Assembly: GCA_964491395.1 (NCBI GenBank)
Contig: CAZBGI010000005.1
Location: 4,676-68,675 of the forward strand
Direction of reading: 5' to 3'
From: an uncultured Bacteroidales bacterium
Lineage (GTDB): Bacteria > Bacteroidota > Bacteroidia > Bacteroidales > UBA7960
Length of the DNA stretch: 64,000 nucleotides
Shown: positions 62,884-64,000 of the stretch, piece by piece
How the letters are laid out: every line of letters begins with the position of its first letter
Position numbering within the stretch: position 1 is the stretch's first letter
Notes under the pieces: model-generated
What the model saw: the letters and a program-made list of their open reading frames with translations, nothing else
The model's database searches: none
What the model was told of the DNA's origin: nothing
Position numbers and translations under genes: made by a program

Positions 62884-64000
62884 ATGCAATTGGTTATCAC
62901 TATCCTATATTTTGCTCTGTTGTGTTTCCTGATATCCAGGTTGTCATTTTTCCGCAATGTGCCGGGGATATCCCCATTGTGGCTTATTATTTTTTTTTCC
63001 CTTAAAGTGTTGGCGGGTTCCTTGTTAATAATCGTCTATACCTGGTACTACGAGGATCCTCTTACTGCTGATGTTTACAAGTATTTTCATGATGGCGCCA
63101 TCATGTTTACTGCCCTAAAAGACAACCCGGCAGATTATTTTCGTATGCTTACCGGCATAGATGCTGCTGCACCGCAGCTTGCCGAATACTATGAAGAGAT
63201 GAATTTCTGGTTCCGTCCCTGGGACTCTCCCGTGTATAACGATAACAGGTTGGTTATCCGGTTCAATGCATTTGCTTTTTTGTTTTCATTCGGGCATATT
63301 TTTGTTCACAATGTTTTTATCAACTTTCTGTCTTTCACAGGATTGGTGGCTTTGTATAAATTCCTGGTCCGGTATGTTGATCGTGAAAAGCTACCCTGGC
63401 TTGTACCAGGAGTGTTTCTTTTTCCCAGCTTACTGTTTTGGGGGTCGGGAATTTTGAAAGAGGGTCTGTTGCTTTGGGCTTTGGGTTGCTGGATGCTTGC
63501 CCTGGATACTTTAATTACCCTTCGAAAACCATTGTTTCAAACCTCTGTGATAGGGATTGTCTTTACCATTATGCTGGTTTTGCTTAAACCTTATACCCTG
63601 ATTTTCTGGCTTCCCTGCATCACGGCGTTTTATCTTTCCCGCAATTTTCGCCCTGTAAAACTGCATCTGAGTTATATTGGGGCTATTGTTTTGCTTGTAG
63701 CGGGAGGATTTGGCCTTACGATGCTTTTTTCTTCCTATGATTTGTTGCAGGTAATCGCAGGTAAGCAAAATGATTTTATCAATCAATCTCTGGTGCACGA
63801 TGCTGGTAGCATGTTGCATGCAAGATACCTGCAACCCGAATTGGGTATGATGATTGTTGAGTTCGTGCGGGGGCTTTTTAATACCCTTCTCAGGCCTCAT
63901 TTGCTGGAAGCATATTCTATTGTCACCCTGATTGCCGCCTTTGAAAATGCGTTCATTGTGCTTATGTTGCTATACATGATTTGGAAATTTGACCTAAAAA
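62884..64000 (+). CDS. Hypothetical polytopic membrane protein, 3' end beyond window
   Basis: Absent from the ORF track because no stop lies in the window. My translation from the ATG at 62884 (MQLVITILYFALLCFLISRL...) stays open to 64000 and gives at least 9 hydrophobic segments. No family recognised. Confidence 0.6.
   Translation, partial: MQLVITILYFALLCFLISRLSFFRNVPGISPLWLIIFFSLKVLAGSLLIIVYTWYYEDPLTADVYKYFHDGAIMFTALKDNPADYFRMLTGIDAAAPQLAEYYEEMNFWFRPWDSPVYNDNRLVIRFNAFAFLFSFGHIFVHNVFINFLSFTGLVALYKFLVRYVDREKLPWLVPGVFLFPSLLFWGSGILKEGLLLWALGCWMLALDTLITLRKPLFQTSVIGIVFTIMLVLLKPYTLIFWLPCITAFYLSRNFRPVKLHLSYIGAIVLLVAGGFGLTMLFSSYDLLQVIAGKQNDFINQSLVHDAGSMLHARYLQPELGMMIVEFVRGLFNTLLRPHLLEAYSIVTLIAAFENAFIVLMLLYMIWKFDLK

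Noticed and set aside
1-64000. Search for CRISPR arrays, IS elements, integrases, prophage or genomic-island boundaries
   Set aside because: No gap exceeds ~520 bp. I saw no repeat-spacer periodicity, no transposase/integrase-like ORFs, no tRNA anchor and no obvious composition shift. The window looks like core chromosome.

Overview
This window reads as a mostly core chromosomal segment of a Bacteroidota genome. That assignment is an inference from three things: TAnnTTTG -7 promoter boxes in front of many genes, short leaders without Shine-Dalgarno sequences, and phylum-typical content (FISUMP lipoprotein, GIN/DUF2807 protein, DUF3822-rsmD-coaD, BlaR1::TonB fusion). I call about 56 protein-coding genes at high coding density, with the largest gaps near 0.5 kb. 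I saw no rRNA or tRNA gene, no CRISPR array, and no transposase, integrase or phage genes. The content falls into four groups. (1) Cell envelope: partial dacB, an MlaD-like protein, an amidase, an LptD-like protein, an Omp85 protein and PBP1C. (2) Housekeeping: rsmD, coaD, pyrE, birA, rsfS-ftsH, cdsA, psd, smpB, mtaB and msrA. (3) Anaerobic energy metabolism: a dmsABC-type molybdoenzyme and an ADP-forming acetyl-CoA synthetase. (4) Sensory modules: BlaI/BlaR1::TonB_C; a TonB_C-DASS-receiver-CNB-histidine-kinase operon; an ECF sigma factor with a Ser/Thr kinase; a YtrA-type GntR/ABC/GIN cluster; and a SatD-DUF3307 pair. I did not find a compelling, clearly novel system. The best candidates are the poorly understood sensory modules at 36.9-44.4 kb, 48.4-51.6 kb and 59.7-61.0 kb, plus a few intergenic structures (tandem palindromic operator-like sites and a promoter-plus-terminator mini-transcript). 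All family assignments come from motif recognition by eye; no database search was run.
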